Positions 16,413 through 16,851 of a stretch of DNA of 16,851 nt are shown piece after piece. The translations under genes and the position numbers were made by a program. The DNA is taken from NCBI GenBank assembly GCA_039591655.1, contig JBDHDE010000055.1:1-16851 (forward strand), read 5' to 3'. Source of the stretch: Gemmatimonadota bacterium. GTDB taxonomy: Bacteria > Gemmatimonadota > Gemmatimonadetes > Gemmatimonadales > GWC2-71-9. The number at the start of each line of letters is the position of its first letter. Positions within the stretch are counted from its first letter, which is position 1. The notes below the pieces were generated by a model. The model saw only the letters and a list, made by a program, of their open reading frames with translations. It made no database searches and had not been told where the DNA came from.

Positions 16413-16851
16413 GCTCGAGTCACCTGCGCCGCCTCGAAGGCACGGCGCTTCCGCAGGTTCGCGGTGTTCACCTTCACGACACGGTTCTCGATGCGCACCT
16501 CGTAGAGATCCAGCGCCCGCGGCGCCGGCGGGTTCACCACGTCACCACGGATGTCGAACGCCGAGGAGTGGCAGGGGCAAACGAAGCGGTTGTCATCGGC
16601 CACCCAGGGCACCGTGCAGCCCAGGTGCGTGCACTCCCGGGAAACGGCGAGGAAGCCGCCGTCCTCGAGCCGCACGAGATAGAACCTCCCCTGCGGAAAC
16701 GCCGTCACGGAGCCCGGCTCGAACGCCCGCGTCGTCCGTCCGGGCCCGCGCCCGGCGGGGCCGGAGGAAGTCCACGAGGACCCACACGCCCTCGGCGACC
16801 ATGATGCCGAGTAGGCCGAGCCACGCCGTCCACAGGAAGCGGCGGCGCGGC
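16409..16851 (-). pseudogene. Rieske [2Fe-2S] protein of bc-complex type, 5'-truncated by the window edge and frameshifted near 16725 (pseudogene or assembly error)
   Basis: The downstream frame has ECTHLGC, CPCHSSAF and PPAPRAL. The Tat motif and TM helix (PRRRFLWTAWLGLLGIMVAEGVWVLVDFLRP) are in a different frame at 16850 to about 16727. Confidence 0.75.

Noticed and set aside
15237..16505. 422-aa plus-strand ORF (likewise 1880-2875, 3330-4385 and 9477-10388)
   Set aside because: These are antisense shadows of motif-supported genes with no independent evidence.
16593..16802. 69-aa minus-strand ORF as an independent gene
   Set aside because: Its first part is the TM anchor of the Rieske protein, and the rest is out-of-frame read-through after the frameshift.
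1..16851. CRISPR arrays, tRNA or rRNA genes, transposases, integrases
   Set aside because: None seen. The window is almost fully coding and the intergenic gaps lack such structures.

Overview
High-GC window from a diderm bacterium, judged from a TolC-type channel, an RND pump, a PorT-like beta-barrel and lipoproteins. The taxon cannot be fixed from sequence; an FCB-group organism such as Gemmatimonadota is a guess. In coordinate order it holds: (1) a minus-strand RND efflux operon whose outer-membrane channel is fused to a periplasmic substrate-binding-type domain; (2) a divergent small outer-membrane beta-barrel; (3) a translationally coupled minus-strand operon gatE-gatD-glutamine synthetase; (4) a secreted CxAxR sulfatase plus a HAD phosphatase lipoprotein; (5) a Phd/VapC toxin-antitoxin pair with an AT-rich repeated operator; (6) a multiheme cytochrome c/HEAT/TPR protein coupled to a Rieske gene that is frameshifted as assembled. 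The standout is the classically archaeal Glu-tRNA(Gln) amidotransferase GatDE, with intact catalytic motifs, in a bacterial context and co-transcribed with a glutamine synthetase. All family calls come from motif recognition, not database searches.
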